From NCBI GenBank assembly GCA_010909165.1, contig MU008180.1, forward strand, positions 805,884-869,883: 64,000 bases of DNA. The letters are read 5' to 3'. The notes under the pieces were generated by a model. That model made no database searches. It worked only from the letters and a program-made list of their open reading frames with translations, and was not told where the DNA came from. The position numbers and the translations under genes were made by a program. This DNA comes from Anthoceros angustus (lineage: Eukaryota; Plantae; Anthocerotophyta). Positions 47,130-59,800 of the stretch are shown in pieces. Position 1 is the stretch's first letter. Each line of letters starts with the position of its first letter.

Positions 47130-49550
47130 CCAGCCTATGTTCCAGTCATTGTTGTGATTTTATGTTACACTTCCAAATTGCAACATGCTTTGGTGGCTTG
47201 GTATTAATTTTATCACTTCTTTGCCCAAGTGATGGCACAATCTTGACACGAACTTGGCTCTCTCGTCTATCATCTCACCCTCATAACTATACCCCCTCTC
47301 TCATATGGATTGTTTATGAATTCCCACATGCAATTGCAACATGACTGTAACAAGGAGCCCCTAGCCTTTTGTCTTCGGTACAGTAAAAGATTGGAGGCCC
47401 TCCTCCATGTCCAAGTCAACGAGTGCCCTCTGCTCGTCTTCAAGGCCTTTCCAAGTGTGAACCTCGAGCACAAAAGTCTGGAGTCATCTAGAAGTTTCTT
47501 CAGGTCTTCCATGTCTTTCACTTGCTGCACACAACAAGCAAGTGAAAACTCAGAACAATTAGGGGGGAGTGATGGGGGCGCCCGCATGCCAACGCCCTCA
47601 GCCACATCTATGTGCAAGAAGTGGAGAAATCAATACCTTGCCCTCAAATGCCGTCTTGAATCTTGCAATGACCTCATCTGACGAGTGATGAGGATATTCT
47701 TGTCTAACTTGCTCAAATGATTGACAGCCCAAGTGCTTTGCCAGTGCCACTCGAATCACATGAATTTTTTTGCGGAGAGTAACCTCTTTCGCCAGCAAAT
47801 TTAGGTCTCGTAGCCCTGTCAAGACCTTTTCAATCGTACTTATTACCATTTGCTGGCCACTCTCCCCCGGTGGGATGCCCTGGAAGCTTTTCCATGGTTT
47901 GCCATGCATCTCTTTAGGCTTGACAAAGACACTGTCCATGGCCTTTACCTCATCTATCGCCTTACCTTTCTCCTTGCTCTTCTTGCTGGTGCCTATTGCA
48001 ACATGTTTCGCCTGTTATGGGAGCTCCATGGCCTCCCACTTGCTAAAGATATTGTCTACATTTGCCCAAACTTTCCCTTCTAACAAGGTGGACAACAGGA
48101 CCCATATTCTTGTTCATCCTCTCGACCCATATTATTGTTCCATAATATATTGGGTTCCATAATATATTATTGTTCATCCTCCCGACCCTCATTGTCTTCG
48201 ATGAGGCCCAACACCTTGTACAAGTTGAATTTCCAGTTCATGGTCATGTTCAGACCATCCCGCTTCGCGATTTGCAACTCATCTCTATTAGATACCTCAC
48301 TTGCTCAATGACGTTCATCTTCCTCCTCTTGTCGGACATGGTGTTGTGGTTAGTGGCCAAAACTCTCATCTCCGTAGCGGTAAGTCCACAATACCCATGA
48401 GCTTCAATCCACAGGAACCTCGCCTTTCCTGGTGATATGTCCGCAAGGTGCTTTATAGCTGCATACATTGGTCCCTCCAAGCACACCCATAACATACTTC
48501 TTAGCCCGAAACTTCTTCCAGTCCAGGCGTTCAATATCAATCACTGCAATCTTCTAATCAATCATGCATAAAAGGGGCATTGCACTTCTTCCTCAATCCT
48601 TCCCTTTGATATTATCCGAGCAAGGTAGTTTGCCCAGGCCTCATTAACCCTTCTGATTTGTGCATATGGAGTAAGGAAGGATGCAGAGCGCAGATACTCC
48701 AACTTTACCAAGACAATCTCCGCTACCACCTTCTTTGCATATGCCAAATCCTTGATACTTGTAAGATAGTCCTCATCCAAAGCGGATGCCTCTAGCCTTT
48801 CCTCATCTGTTGGGATGTTGGGATGAGGGTTTCACTATATGAGGGTTTCACTATTCGCTTCCTCTTCTTCCTACCCTCGTTATCTTCCGGTCCCTCATTT
48901 TGCGTCGAGGTACCGCGGGCTGCCGAACCGCTTCCTCTTCCCGCACTCCCGGGAAGATGTCCTGCCTCAGCCTCCTTCAAGAGGGCAAGCATGCCGGGCA
49001 TCTGGCCTCACATCACACGCCCAACCCGACGACGCCGGGTGGGCCTTTCGACCGCTGGAGGTTTGGTCTTCCATTGCCCGCGACTCATCTAGAGCGTAAA
49101 AACTCATTTATGGCATCACCATAAGAGGCTGGGTGACACCTACGTTGCGAGGTTCCCTCTGGAGCGCCGGCATACCGGCACCCGGCATCCAGAACTCCTT
49201 CGTAGCCCTCCATGAACCACGCAGCTTGAGGGGTACACAGTTCTCGGCTTTCTCGAAGAGGAGAGAGGCCGCCGGCATGCTGGCGCTCTGCATCCACATC
49301 CGGGTTATATGCCACAGTGAGCACGAGCAAAGAAGCTCTTTCATGATCTGATGGGAAGGCTAGAATGTCGTCTGCATCCCTGTTCTCGTTTTCAGGATCC
49401 GAAAAGCCTTCATCAGAGGATCCAAGCAGTTCCGGGATGGGGCCATCTTCCTCGTCTTCAGGGCCAAACTCTGGCTCCGAAACTGCATGCACCAATCCAT
49501 GTGCTCCTTTCCCGAACTGTGGCAGACTCGTCCTCTGGTAGGACATCTCC
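47130..49550 (-). pseudogene. Decayed long ORF of unknown, probably transposon-borne, protein
   Basis: Colinear minus-strand ORF pieces 49085-49546, 48792-49001, 48562-48780, 48250-48540, 47598-47939, 47270-47617, separated by stops and frameshifts. Confidence 0.5.
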
Positions 49551-50159
49551 CTTCTGTGAATGATGATGGACTGTGTGATGGCTGCACACGGGCATCTAAA
49601 AACTGGCTAATCAAGGAAACGCAAAGAAGACACAGCGGCCCAGGCGGTTGACGCGCCTATAGCATCCTGCCTCCCGCAAGGATTGCCCACAGGTATGGAT
49701 GATTGTTTTGGTTCAATATGTTGCGCACTATGAACAAGATCATGGCGACTGTGCATCAGACATGCATATCGCGACACCTTTTGCCATCGACATCGCACAT
49801 CGCACATTCTGCATCGACATCGACATTTGACATCAGACACCTTTGACATCGACATCGCCTGTGACATGCGACACTGACTGCTCGCTGCACACTTGCAGAT
49901 TAAAATTCCCTTCATCAATTTTGGGGAAATCTTCAAGACTTTTAAGCATTGAGGAACAGAAATGTTGGGTGTGGTACCTTGGTCTGGCAGGTGGAGGAGG
50001 AAGAAGGTTGTCCCAGCAGTCTCCTAAATTTCCACGTTCTGTGCTGCCAACTCCGCAGAACTTGAATCTTTACTGTACTATAGGCAATGTTAGGGGAGGT
50101 GGCAATCTTTGTGAAGATGAGAAGAAGAAGAAGAAGAAGAATTTTATTTAAGCCCACTA

Positions 50160-51325
50160 AGAGTAACACCCCTCATCTGCTGCAGCCAAGAAGGAGCGTC
50201 CAAGTCTTCCCAATGCCCAGACCTCGCCAATTCACTCCACAAGAGACTTGCACGATTCTCAACGCCTCAACCTCACGACACGGACTAGGCTCCAAGTAGC
50301 CCGTCATTCATCGACGACTCAGGCCACCTCCGAGGTGCTCTTTATTATAAGAATACAACGATGGAATCGGCTATCTACGCCCAATCAAGCACGCCTTGAT
50401 TCCATGACAAGCTCACTAGCTAGCTCTCCACAGCTCTCTCAACACAGGCTTGCAACAAGACACTTGCCTCGCCTCTCAAAGAGTGAGTAACTTGTAACTT
50501 GTTCCTCAAAGCCCTTGCTCTAGCCCTTATATATCCCGCACGACCTTAACTAGGCAATGTTAAATCTAGGGATTCTGCACCACTAATCACTAAGAGTCCT
50601 CTAGGCAGTCTTCATTTGTGGTCAGCAATTCCTCTCTAACAAGAGATTGCAAGCATGCAACACATGCATCTTTCAATGGGCTACTAACTTAGCTTTTTAC
50701 CTTTTTCAATTTCACCTTTCTACCTTGTTTCACCAGTGCATTTCCTCCCCCCGAAGATGTCATTGTCCTCAATGACCTCCGTAACGCGAGATCATCCATG
50801 ATCCTTGTTGCACATCTTCAAGTGAAACCTTATGATCCGATAACCACAAGCCTTACCAGACACTGCACATTACCACCGATGAGGCACTTCTCTCTCAGAA
50901 TTCAACAATTTCCAGCACCATGATTGTGTTGAACCGTGACATATAATCCTTCCTGCTCATATCTTCATTCTCTTCGAAATCACAAATGGTTTCAAAGAAA
51001 GAGACATGAAACACATTATGAGAGAAGATCCATTCAGTAATCGTAGTTTGTAAGCCACATTTCCAATGCGCTGTAACTACGAAAGGTCCTCCATACTTAG
51101 GCCTTAACTTTGAGGTCACCTTGTGGTAGTGGGAAATTCTTCAATTTCACCCACACCTTGTCTCCTACTTGAAACTCTCTTGCCGCTGTCAAGAAACTTC
51201 TTTTGTCCCGAGCCTTGGCCAATATCTTCTTAGCAACTTATGCCGGCCCTTAATCGCTCAATGAATTCATGGGTTCTCTTGCCTCAAACACGCCAGCATT
51301 CAACATGGAAACTACGTCCATTGCT
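50160..51325 (-). mobile_element. Ty3/gypsy chromovirus 3' end: integrase C-terminus, probable chromodomain, PPT (~50741-50755) and 3' LTR (~50160-50740)
   Basis: FQVGDKVWVKLK, KLRPKYGGPF, HNVFHVS; purine tract ttcggggggaggaaa followed by TG on the minus strand; LTR end resembles TGTAACACCCC (gagtaacacccc). Confidence 0.75.
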
Positions 51326-53940
51326 TCACCCCATCCGAAAAGGTGTGTAGCCCGTGAGCTATGTACGTGTTATTATAACAAAATTCCGTGATCCTCAAGA
51401 TGATTACTCGGGCCTCACCGGGTCCATCCACATACATGGGTCTTAGCACGGTTAGGTATACCACATTTTGTGACATATGCAAATGTGCAATATGCATATA
51501 CCCCAAGTTTCGATTATCCAATATTTATATAGTTTGAAGTTAAGTCAAACGTGAACATGTCATGTACAAATTTAACTTGGGAACCGAAAATGCTTGGCGT
51601 GAAGGTGTGGCGGTGCTTCATCTTCACGCTGGAGCTCTTCGAGGCGTCCGCTATCGACCATCGACATTTGGAGTGTTCACGGAAGGGAGGAGGGTGCCCA
51701 CGAATGAGGTCCCCACGCTTAGAGGCCGTGTGCACGGCGGAAGGGAGAACGGCAATCACCGGGAGGATACAAGTTCGCAGCCACCAACTGCAAGGTGCGA
51801 GGTTGCTCAAGCCGCATTCATCGGGTTTAGGGTTTTGCGCTTGCGCCATGGTCCCGCCCGACTACATCTGCCCATCAGGGAAACGCCCACCCAGGAGCTC
51901 GGAAGCTACGCGGATGCCCTCCGTGTACTACATGTTTCCTAGTGGGTGAGGTGGTAATCGTGACGTGAGGAGTGTTTTGCGCTCAAGGGGAGGCACCTCC
52001 ACCGCATGTCCCGAGGCCTGTGGAGCCCTCCCGATCAGCGGCTTCACGACATGGGCCTTGTCCGCACGGCGAGGGTCGCGGATGGCGGAGGACGAGGGGG
52101 AGGCGATGGTCGCTGAGGCATGCCTCCGAGGGGCATGCCGGGTCACGACCCAGAGTTGTAGCCGCCGAGGCAAGGGCGAGCCTGGTGATGGAGGCCGCCG
52201 CAAAGACGCGTGATGGCCTCGCTAAAGAAGAAGGCCCGCCACCGAGGTGGCTGTGTTCATAGTGATGTGGAGGCATGCAACACATGCATCTTCTTAGCAG
52301 GCACTACTAACAGCTTTTTACCTTTTAACTTTTCACCTTTCTACCTTGTTTCACAGTGCGTTACTCTCTCCCCCTTTGGGAAGATGTCATTGTCCTCAAT
52401 GACCTCCGATTAGAGATCATCCATGATCCTTGTTGCACATCTTCAAGTGAAACCAGACGATCTGCATAACCACGAAGCCTTACGGATACTACGGTACATT
52501 ACCAGATGGCACTTCTCTCTGCAGAATTCAACAATCTCCCATGAGACCATGATTGTGTTGAACCGAGGATGACATAATCCTTCTTTCATATCTTCATTCT
52601 CTTCGAAATCACAAATGGTTTCACAAAGAGACATGAAACACATTATGAGAAGATCCATTCGAACAGCTGTGGTTTGTAAGCCACATTTCCAATGCGCTTG
52701 AACTACGAAGGTCCTCCATACTTAGGCCTTAACTTTGAGGTCGCCCTTGTGGCGTGGGAAATTCTTCAATTTCACCCACACCTTGTCTCCTACTTGAAAC
52801 TCTGCCTCTTGCACTGTGCACTGTCGGCCAAACTTCTTTTGCACATGAGCCTTGGCCAATATCTTCTTAGCAACTTCATGGCCCTTAGCGCTCAATGAAT
52901 TCACGTGGTTCTCTTGCTGCTTTGTCTCAAACACGCTAGCATTCAACATGGAAACTACGTCCATTGCTTTGTTACATCATACGAAAGGTGTGTAGCACAA
53001 TGGAGCTATATGATGTTATTATAACAAATTACGCATCCTCAAGATGATTACTCCGAGTCTATTTGGTCCATCACGTACATGGGTCTTACTTGCGGTTATA
53101 CCACATTTTGTGACATATGCAAATGTGCAATATGTCTTTGCATATACCCCAAGTTTCGATTATCCAATATTTATATAGTTTGAAGTTAAGTCAAATTTGG
53201 AGCGTGAACATGTCATGTTATGCTGAACTTGGGAGCCCGAAAGTACCGCTTGCGTGAAGGTGTGAGGCTTCATCTTCACGCGGGAGCTCTTGACGTCCGG
53301 CACTATCGACCATCGACATTTGGAGTGTTCACGGGAAGGGAGGAGTGCCCGGCTGACGCAATGAGGGTCCCACGCTTAGGCGAGCGAGCCAGCGGAAGGA
53401 GAGCAGGCAATCGCCGGGAGGAGCAAGTTCGCAGCCACCAATCGCAAGGTGCGAGGTTGCTCAAGGCGCATTCAGCAGGGTTTAGGGTTTTGCGTTTCGC
53501 CATGGTCTGCTCGACTACATGCCTTGTGAAGCGCCCACCTAGGAGCGGAAGCTACGATCACGGATGCCCTCCGGGTACTACATGTTTCCTGAGTGGCGGT
53601 CCTCGTGGGTGAGGTGGTAATCGTGGCGTGAGGGTGTTTTGCGCTCAAGGGGAGGCACCTCCACTCGCATGTCCCGAGGCCCAGCTTGGAGCCCTCCCTC
53701 GAGCCCAGGCGTGGCTTGGGGCCCGACATGGGCCTTGTCCGCCTGGCTGCGGATGGCGGAGGGCGAGGCGAGGCCTAGGCGATGGCGCAGGCATGCTGCT
53801 TGAGGGCATCTTGGTCGATCGACCCGAGTTGTGGCTGCTCGAGGCAGGGCGCACAGGTGATGGAGGCCGCCCGCTGCGGTGATGGCCTCGCTAAAGAAGG
53901 CTGGCTCGAGGCGGTGTGTTTTCATAGTCGAGATGTGGAG
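50653..53940. repeat. ~1.6-kb tandem duplication (50653-52272, 52273-53940), indel-rich
   Basis: gcatgcaacacatgcatc starts both copies and both end tcatagt..atgtggag; parallel ORFs (ETICDFEENEDM; HRPSTFGVFT). Confidence 0.9.
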
Positions 53941-53949
53941 GGTGGCTCA

Positions 53950-55900
53950 CGTGTTCCTCATGCTCTCCATTTGACATAGCATGGTCCATGTTCCTCATGG
54001 TGTCTAAGGTTGCCTTGTGTGTGGAAATGCCTCTAAGTCCGGACAACGGGAGCTTGAAGAAAGAGGAGGCGAGGAGATGTGGAAGACAATTGCTCGGTGG
54101 GGAGCTCAGGCACTCATCCGGTGGCAGTGGCGAGATTGCAGGCGAGGTGGGCGAGCTCACAGGTGCCCAAGCGCAGTGGCGGATCCATGGTATCAAGGCG
54201 GGGCGGCGAAGCGGGCGGAAGGGAAGGGCCGGCGGCGGCAAAGGCGCTTGGAGGAATATGGGCGGCGAAAGGGCCCATGGCAAGTTGGACATGGAGGCGG
54301 TGATGGCGACCCTCCGTTGTCTTTGGGGTGGATGTCAAAGACACAGGACTCATAAATGGAGGACGGGTTGGGGAGCAGGTGGAGGCTTTTGGGCCCCTAG
54401 TTTTAACGAGGGGCATGGGTGGCGAAGCCCGATGCCCTTAGCGAAGAAGAATGGAGGAAATTGATGTTCTTATTTTTGGCATGTCTGAGGCCCACTGAGA
54501 AGCGGATCCCTAGGCTCATGGCCCTTGGAATTCTGTTGGAGAAACTTGTTGGCCTCGGCGTGAGCGGAAGACCTTCCACGAGAAGACACAAGCAGGGAGG
54601 AATAAAGCAGAAGTCGTGAGGAAGGCGGGCGGTGAGGCTGCGAGAGTCAGGAGGAAGAGCCCTACTCGTTGTAGGGGCCCAAGGACCTGGCGGCTTGGGT
54701 TGGTACTCTAGTGCTTTCAAGTTTGTCTCACCTTGTGCTACATGTTTGTCATGCACATGGTCCTAAGTCCTCTACGCCTACTATCATGTGAGGTGCACCC
54801 TAGTCGGCCCTCACGGTCATTCAACCTAGTTTGCCATGGTGTAGGGTCATGTGAAGTGCACCATGCTCGTTGTTGCCTTGATGTCACTTTCGGACCAAGT
54901 TGTTGAGCAACATGTGCGTTGTCCTGGTCATTTGCTACATGTTTCTCCTCCACTTGATGTGCCCGATTATCACTTTTTATTCCGTTTGCTCGACTGGTGG
55001 GCACATTGCTACTTTCCACCTGTGTGTCCCACTAGATCCAGCGATGGGTGATTTACTTGCCTTTGTACTTGTGAAGGTGAAGGCTCGCGAAGGAAGACCA
55101 AGGTGGCTACGTGCTCGCCACAGTCCGTGTCATTTGGGAGTTGGATGTAAATGTCCAACTTGACAAGGTGGATGCGTTGCAAAGGAGGTAAAGCATGCTT
55201 TGACCGATGAAAGCAGGCTTGGGGTGGCGTTCGACACAAGTGTTCCCGAAATGGAGATGGTGCGAGGCATCGAAGATGGCGAGACTTTGAGGACATTCAA
55301 GGGCACGGATCCTTGGTCGACCACCTTTGGGTCACTTCAAGCCATATGCTCTGGAGAAGAGCACATGTATTTGAGTTGAGGCTGGCGGCGGAGGACTCTT
55401 GCTGCCTTGAGCTTCAGCAGGCTTGTCTTTGTCGACCGGAAGAGCGGATGTTCAACGTCCTCAAGTCCTTGGCAGCGGTCATGGATGTTGAAGTGGAGGA
55501 GGCACAGTGCACCAACTTCCTTCCAGGCGCCCTTGGGCGGATGCGGGGCCGACCATTGTTGTGAATGCTTGCCCTATATCGCTAGGTATGCTTTTGGTGT
55601 CTTGTGTGGATCACACTTATGCGCCTAGTGCTTGCCATGTTTCTCTTGAGTACATGTCATTGCGGTGGTTTGGGCGCAATGGCGATTCTCTCATGCGGCA
55701 TATGTACCATGAATTTTGCCTCTTTTCTCATTTGCGGACCAACAAGCATTGTGCCCTCGAAGAGCATGGAGGTGGACACCGGTGGTTCGCTGGGATCTGC
55801 CGCGAGGAGCAGTGAGGCATGGTGCGATGAACAACTCAAGGAGTGGAAGTCAGTACCTTGAGCTTGTAAAGGATCCGGATGGATTGCTCTCGCCTTGAGA
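53950..55900 (+). mobile_element. Heavily degraded L1-like LINE ORF2 (post-RT region and zf-RVT-like C-terminus)
   Basis: Pieces EEEWRKI, WNSV..CWPRRE, RNKA.VVR, CFWC, and a W..RSSEAWCD tail resembling W.IW..RN. Confidence 0.4.
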
Positions 55901-56294
55901 AGATTCGCGAAGTCACCGCCGTTCATACCGCAGCATCTCCGTGTCAGGCGGAGGGTGTGGGCGGAACGGGATTTCCTTTTCCCTTGTATTGCTTTCCTCC
56001 AAAGCTAATGCTATCAATGCTTTTTTGCAGCTTGCTACGACAAGTTGCCTCCGATGTCAAGTGCCGGTCGGTGTTCCCATTCGAATCTGGCGACTGTTTA
56101 CCACCCAGCGGCTCGTATGGCTCGGTTTTGGCGTCGGATCGAGACGGAGGGTTCCTTGGACCCGCCCTCGGTGAAAAAAGGGTGTGCCGAGGCATTCGAG
56201 TAGGGCTAGGGAGGCGGCAAGTGCGAGTGCTGCGGGAAGACAATGCAGGCGGGGGGATCGAGGGGACCCGGTGCATTTGCACACCAGGAACAAA

Positions 56295-56835
56295 GTGCGA
56301 TGTGGGGGAGAAGGCCACACAGGCGGTGGAGAAGGCCACGCCTTGAGAACACCACCCCGTAGAATGCCACACCTAATGTGGAGAAGATCACAGTTGAGGT
56401 GGACAAGGACACTGCGAGAAGGCCATACACGAGGTGGACACATGCGTGGAAGGCCATACACAGGTGGACCACGGTGCGATGGAGAAGGCCATACACAGGT
56501 GGCACAATTGCGATGGAGAAGGCCATACCGGTGGACACAGGCAGCGGTGGAAGGCCATACCTAAGGTGGACACAGTGCGATGGAGAAGGCCATACACGAG
56601 GTGGAGAAGGGCATATGGAGTGGAGAAGGCCACACTTGAGGTGGAGAAGGCCATGCACGAGGTGGAGAAGGCCACACTTGAGCAAGAGAGGGCCATACAT
56701 GATGTGGAGAAGGACACGTGGCGGAGAAACACACACATGATGTGGACAAGGACAAACACGGGTGGAGAATGAGGTCTGGCGAGGCGAAGAAGGGTGCATC
56801 TCAACTAGACAAGGACACACAGGGTGGAGAAGGAC
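56295..56835. repeat. Tandem array of a ~21-bp unit (gtggagaaggcca(c/t)ac(a/t)(c/t)gag)
   Basis: ggagaaggcca recurs >15 times; one frame reads VEKATLE VEKAMHE VEKATLE QERAIHD. Confidence 0.85.
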
Positions 56836-56866
56836 CCTTGGAGAATGACACACACAGTCGCTGCAT

Positions 56867-59800
56867 TGTCTCGAGGTTGGGAATGTGAATGGGTGGGCCT
56901 GATTTGGTGCGGCGGGATAATAGTGCTGTGAGCATGGGGACCCGCTCACGGGAAAAGAGGCCGCAGCGTAAGGCTCAAAGGCGACCAAGCCCGGCACATT
57001 CGGCAAGATCGAAGACTAGTCACTTGCCTCCAGTGCAAGAGTTGGAGCACAGGGATAACTATATAGTGCGTGCGGAGCGCAATATAGAAAACGTTAACTT
57101 CTACCTCCTCGGTGTGAGGTGTGCACAAACTCGAGCCTTGGTGTGGAAGACCACATGTGCACTAACCCCGCTCCCAAGTGTCGGGATGAGCGATTTTTTT
57201 GTTTTGGATGTGTTAGAATAGCAAAGTGCTTTGAGAATCAGTCGTCTTTTATACGGAATGGTCCTTGGCCCTTGGAGATAATAATAATTTTTTGACCCTT
57301 AGGTTTGACCCGGAGGGTGGGGTAAATAGAGTCCTTGGGTATTGGGAATTTTTAGAATAAAAGGTGTCTATATATGCTAGGGATGCTCACAATATGCCAC
57401 GTTGAGTAGTCAAGTGGGGTGGTGGCTAGTTCCACCACGGTGGCGAAAGCAGGGCGTCTGAGACCGAGTTTACAACCCTAGTGGCGGGCGGGACTACATC
57501 GGGTCGGGCGCAGGCGGGAGAAGGGCACACCCGGCCAGCAGTCGCGACTTTCCGGGAGAGGCGATCGGGCGGAGGCTGCGGCAAGAAGGCGGCGCGTACA
57601 ACTCGCCGAGCCAAATCTGTCTGCGGGAGGAAGAGGCGCGGCAGTCGGGAGACGGGCGGCGGCGGAGAGAAATCAGGCGGCAAGTTCGCGAGGCGTGGAA
57701 GGAGGCGGCGTCGATTTTTCTTGACGAGTCTGCGGGGAGGTCGAGGTTTTGGGAAACAACGAGAGAAGGAGATGGCGCTGCGGCGAAATCCCCACCTTGT
57801 TATGGACCCTTTGGAAAGTGAGGCTCGGCTGGTGCGAGGCTGGGCACAGTTCATGGAGAAGAAATGGTGCTTGTGACCTGCATTGGTGCAAGAGTCGCCC
57901 GGCAATTAAGGACCAAGTCGCAAGAGGGTGGAGGAAAAGGCCAGCGGGATTTGGCCCTCTTTCGAGGCGGTGTATGGGCGAAGCATCGAAGATGGGAGCT
58001 TGGTGATTGACCCCAGTGAAGAAGACCTTGAGGCTGCACGCGCTCATGAAACTGGGGAAGTGAGTGAACAATGGTGGGTGACTCGCCAACTCGTGTCTCT
58101 GTGGTGGGATTAGCCAAATGGATTTTGTGTTTCTCTGAGCCGGAAGGCTGGATCATATGGCGGATCACTTCTTGGTTTTTCTTCACGAGGTGGTTAAGGG
58201 TACACAAATTGATTGGGGAAGGATGATTTTGAAAGAGCACATGAGGAGAAGGCGAATTACTCTCTCCTTCCCTCGGCCCTCCTTGATTTCACCTTTCGAT
58301 TCATGTATTTGCGCATTAGGGTGTTTAGCAGTTGGGCATGTCCTGCATGGTTGGAAGCCGGTCGGGGAACTCAAGGTAGAAGAGGAGGAATTTAAGGAGG
58401 ATTCGGGCAAGGATTCCAGCGGTTGGGAATCGCCTCCTGGAAGATTCGGAAGAGGTGGGGAAGTTTCCAAGGGTAAGCGAAGGCGGCAGTCGAGCAGGGT
58501 CGGCGAAAAGGGAGGAACGACGCGTGAGGAGGAGGAACCCACCTACAGGGTCACAGTCGAAGGCAGGGAGCAGGTAAGGAGGGAAAATAAAGGGAAATGG
58601 CAAGTTGCTCCCCTCCAGGTCGAGGATGAATCACGCTAGAGAATGGGCGGGGAAGAGGCGATGGCGGACCAACCCCTAGGAGAGGAGGGTTAACTGCCAA
58701 GACCCGGCGACTCGGGATATTTTGGCGACATTTCATCTGGGTAGGTGGGGATAGGTGACACACCTCGCGTCACGAGGTGTTGTGGAGGCGGATGGGCAAA
58801 GGACAGCCAATTTGGGGATTTGCGAGGTTTGACTTGACCATGGCTCGGAGCGGATCTCCTCGATCAAGCGACCATGGCTCTCTCACAGTGAGTGTGCAAG
58901 GCCAGGAAGTTGCTCAAGGAGAAGTTGGAAGCACAGGAAGGCGAGGCAAAGCGTAGAGGCCTTGAGCAGGGGTGACGGCCTTATACAAAACGAGGCGATT
59001 AAGGGCCATGTCCACTCGGCAGGAGGCCTTAGTAATCGTCAAGGGGGCATGCTACAATTGAAGAGCTTCAAGATGAGGTCTCGCGAGTCGGGAGGCGGTG
59101 GGCGATGGCGCCCTTGGAGAAATTCAAGAAGCTGGCGGAGATACAAGCGGGAAAGAAGCTAGGGCGAGTCAAGAGGGTGGCCAGAAGAAAGGAGGCGACG
59201 CGAGGCAGAAGCAACCACCGTGGAAAGACCACCACGGTGGCTAAACTCCGTGGGCGTGGGCGAGGTGGGGAAGTCACCGGCAGTGTCGCAGATGGAGGAC
59301 GGATCTCACGGAGAATCAAGGCCGGCCCGGATTGTCCACGGGAGGAGAGGTAAGGACCTCATCGAGGAAGGGCGTATTGTGCTACGTCGGATGAGGATGC
59401 TCATGTCACAGCCACTGCATGGTGGCCAGTGCTCACTCTAAGCGTGTATGTGGTTGTTAGAGACGGGGAGGCGAAACTCAGGTACAGCATCTCTTGACGG
59501 CCTGGCGGGTCTTTGTTGATGGACGAGCGCGCCACAATCCGTGTCGTTGTAGTATGGAGTCAGTTCCCAAGGAATAGTAGCCTCGTTTGGCGCTTGACCT
59601 CTTACTCAGGTGGGCGGGGGTAAGGAAGTCTGGGGCACCTTGAGTCTTTGCGTTGGTAAGCGGCGTCTTCGCCTCTTGACTCCACGAGTTCGTCGGGGCT
59701 CGGCGGCCCGTCGTGGTTGTTGGCATCAGCCGGTGCGGGCCATGGCGGCCGGCTCCCTCACATGCTTGGGGTGCTCGGGAGGGCACCAAAAGGAGGAAGA

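Noticed and set aside
50120-50141. (GAA)n microsatellite
   Set aside because: Short and ordinary.
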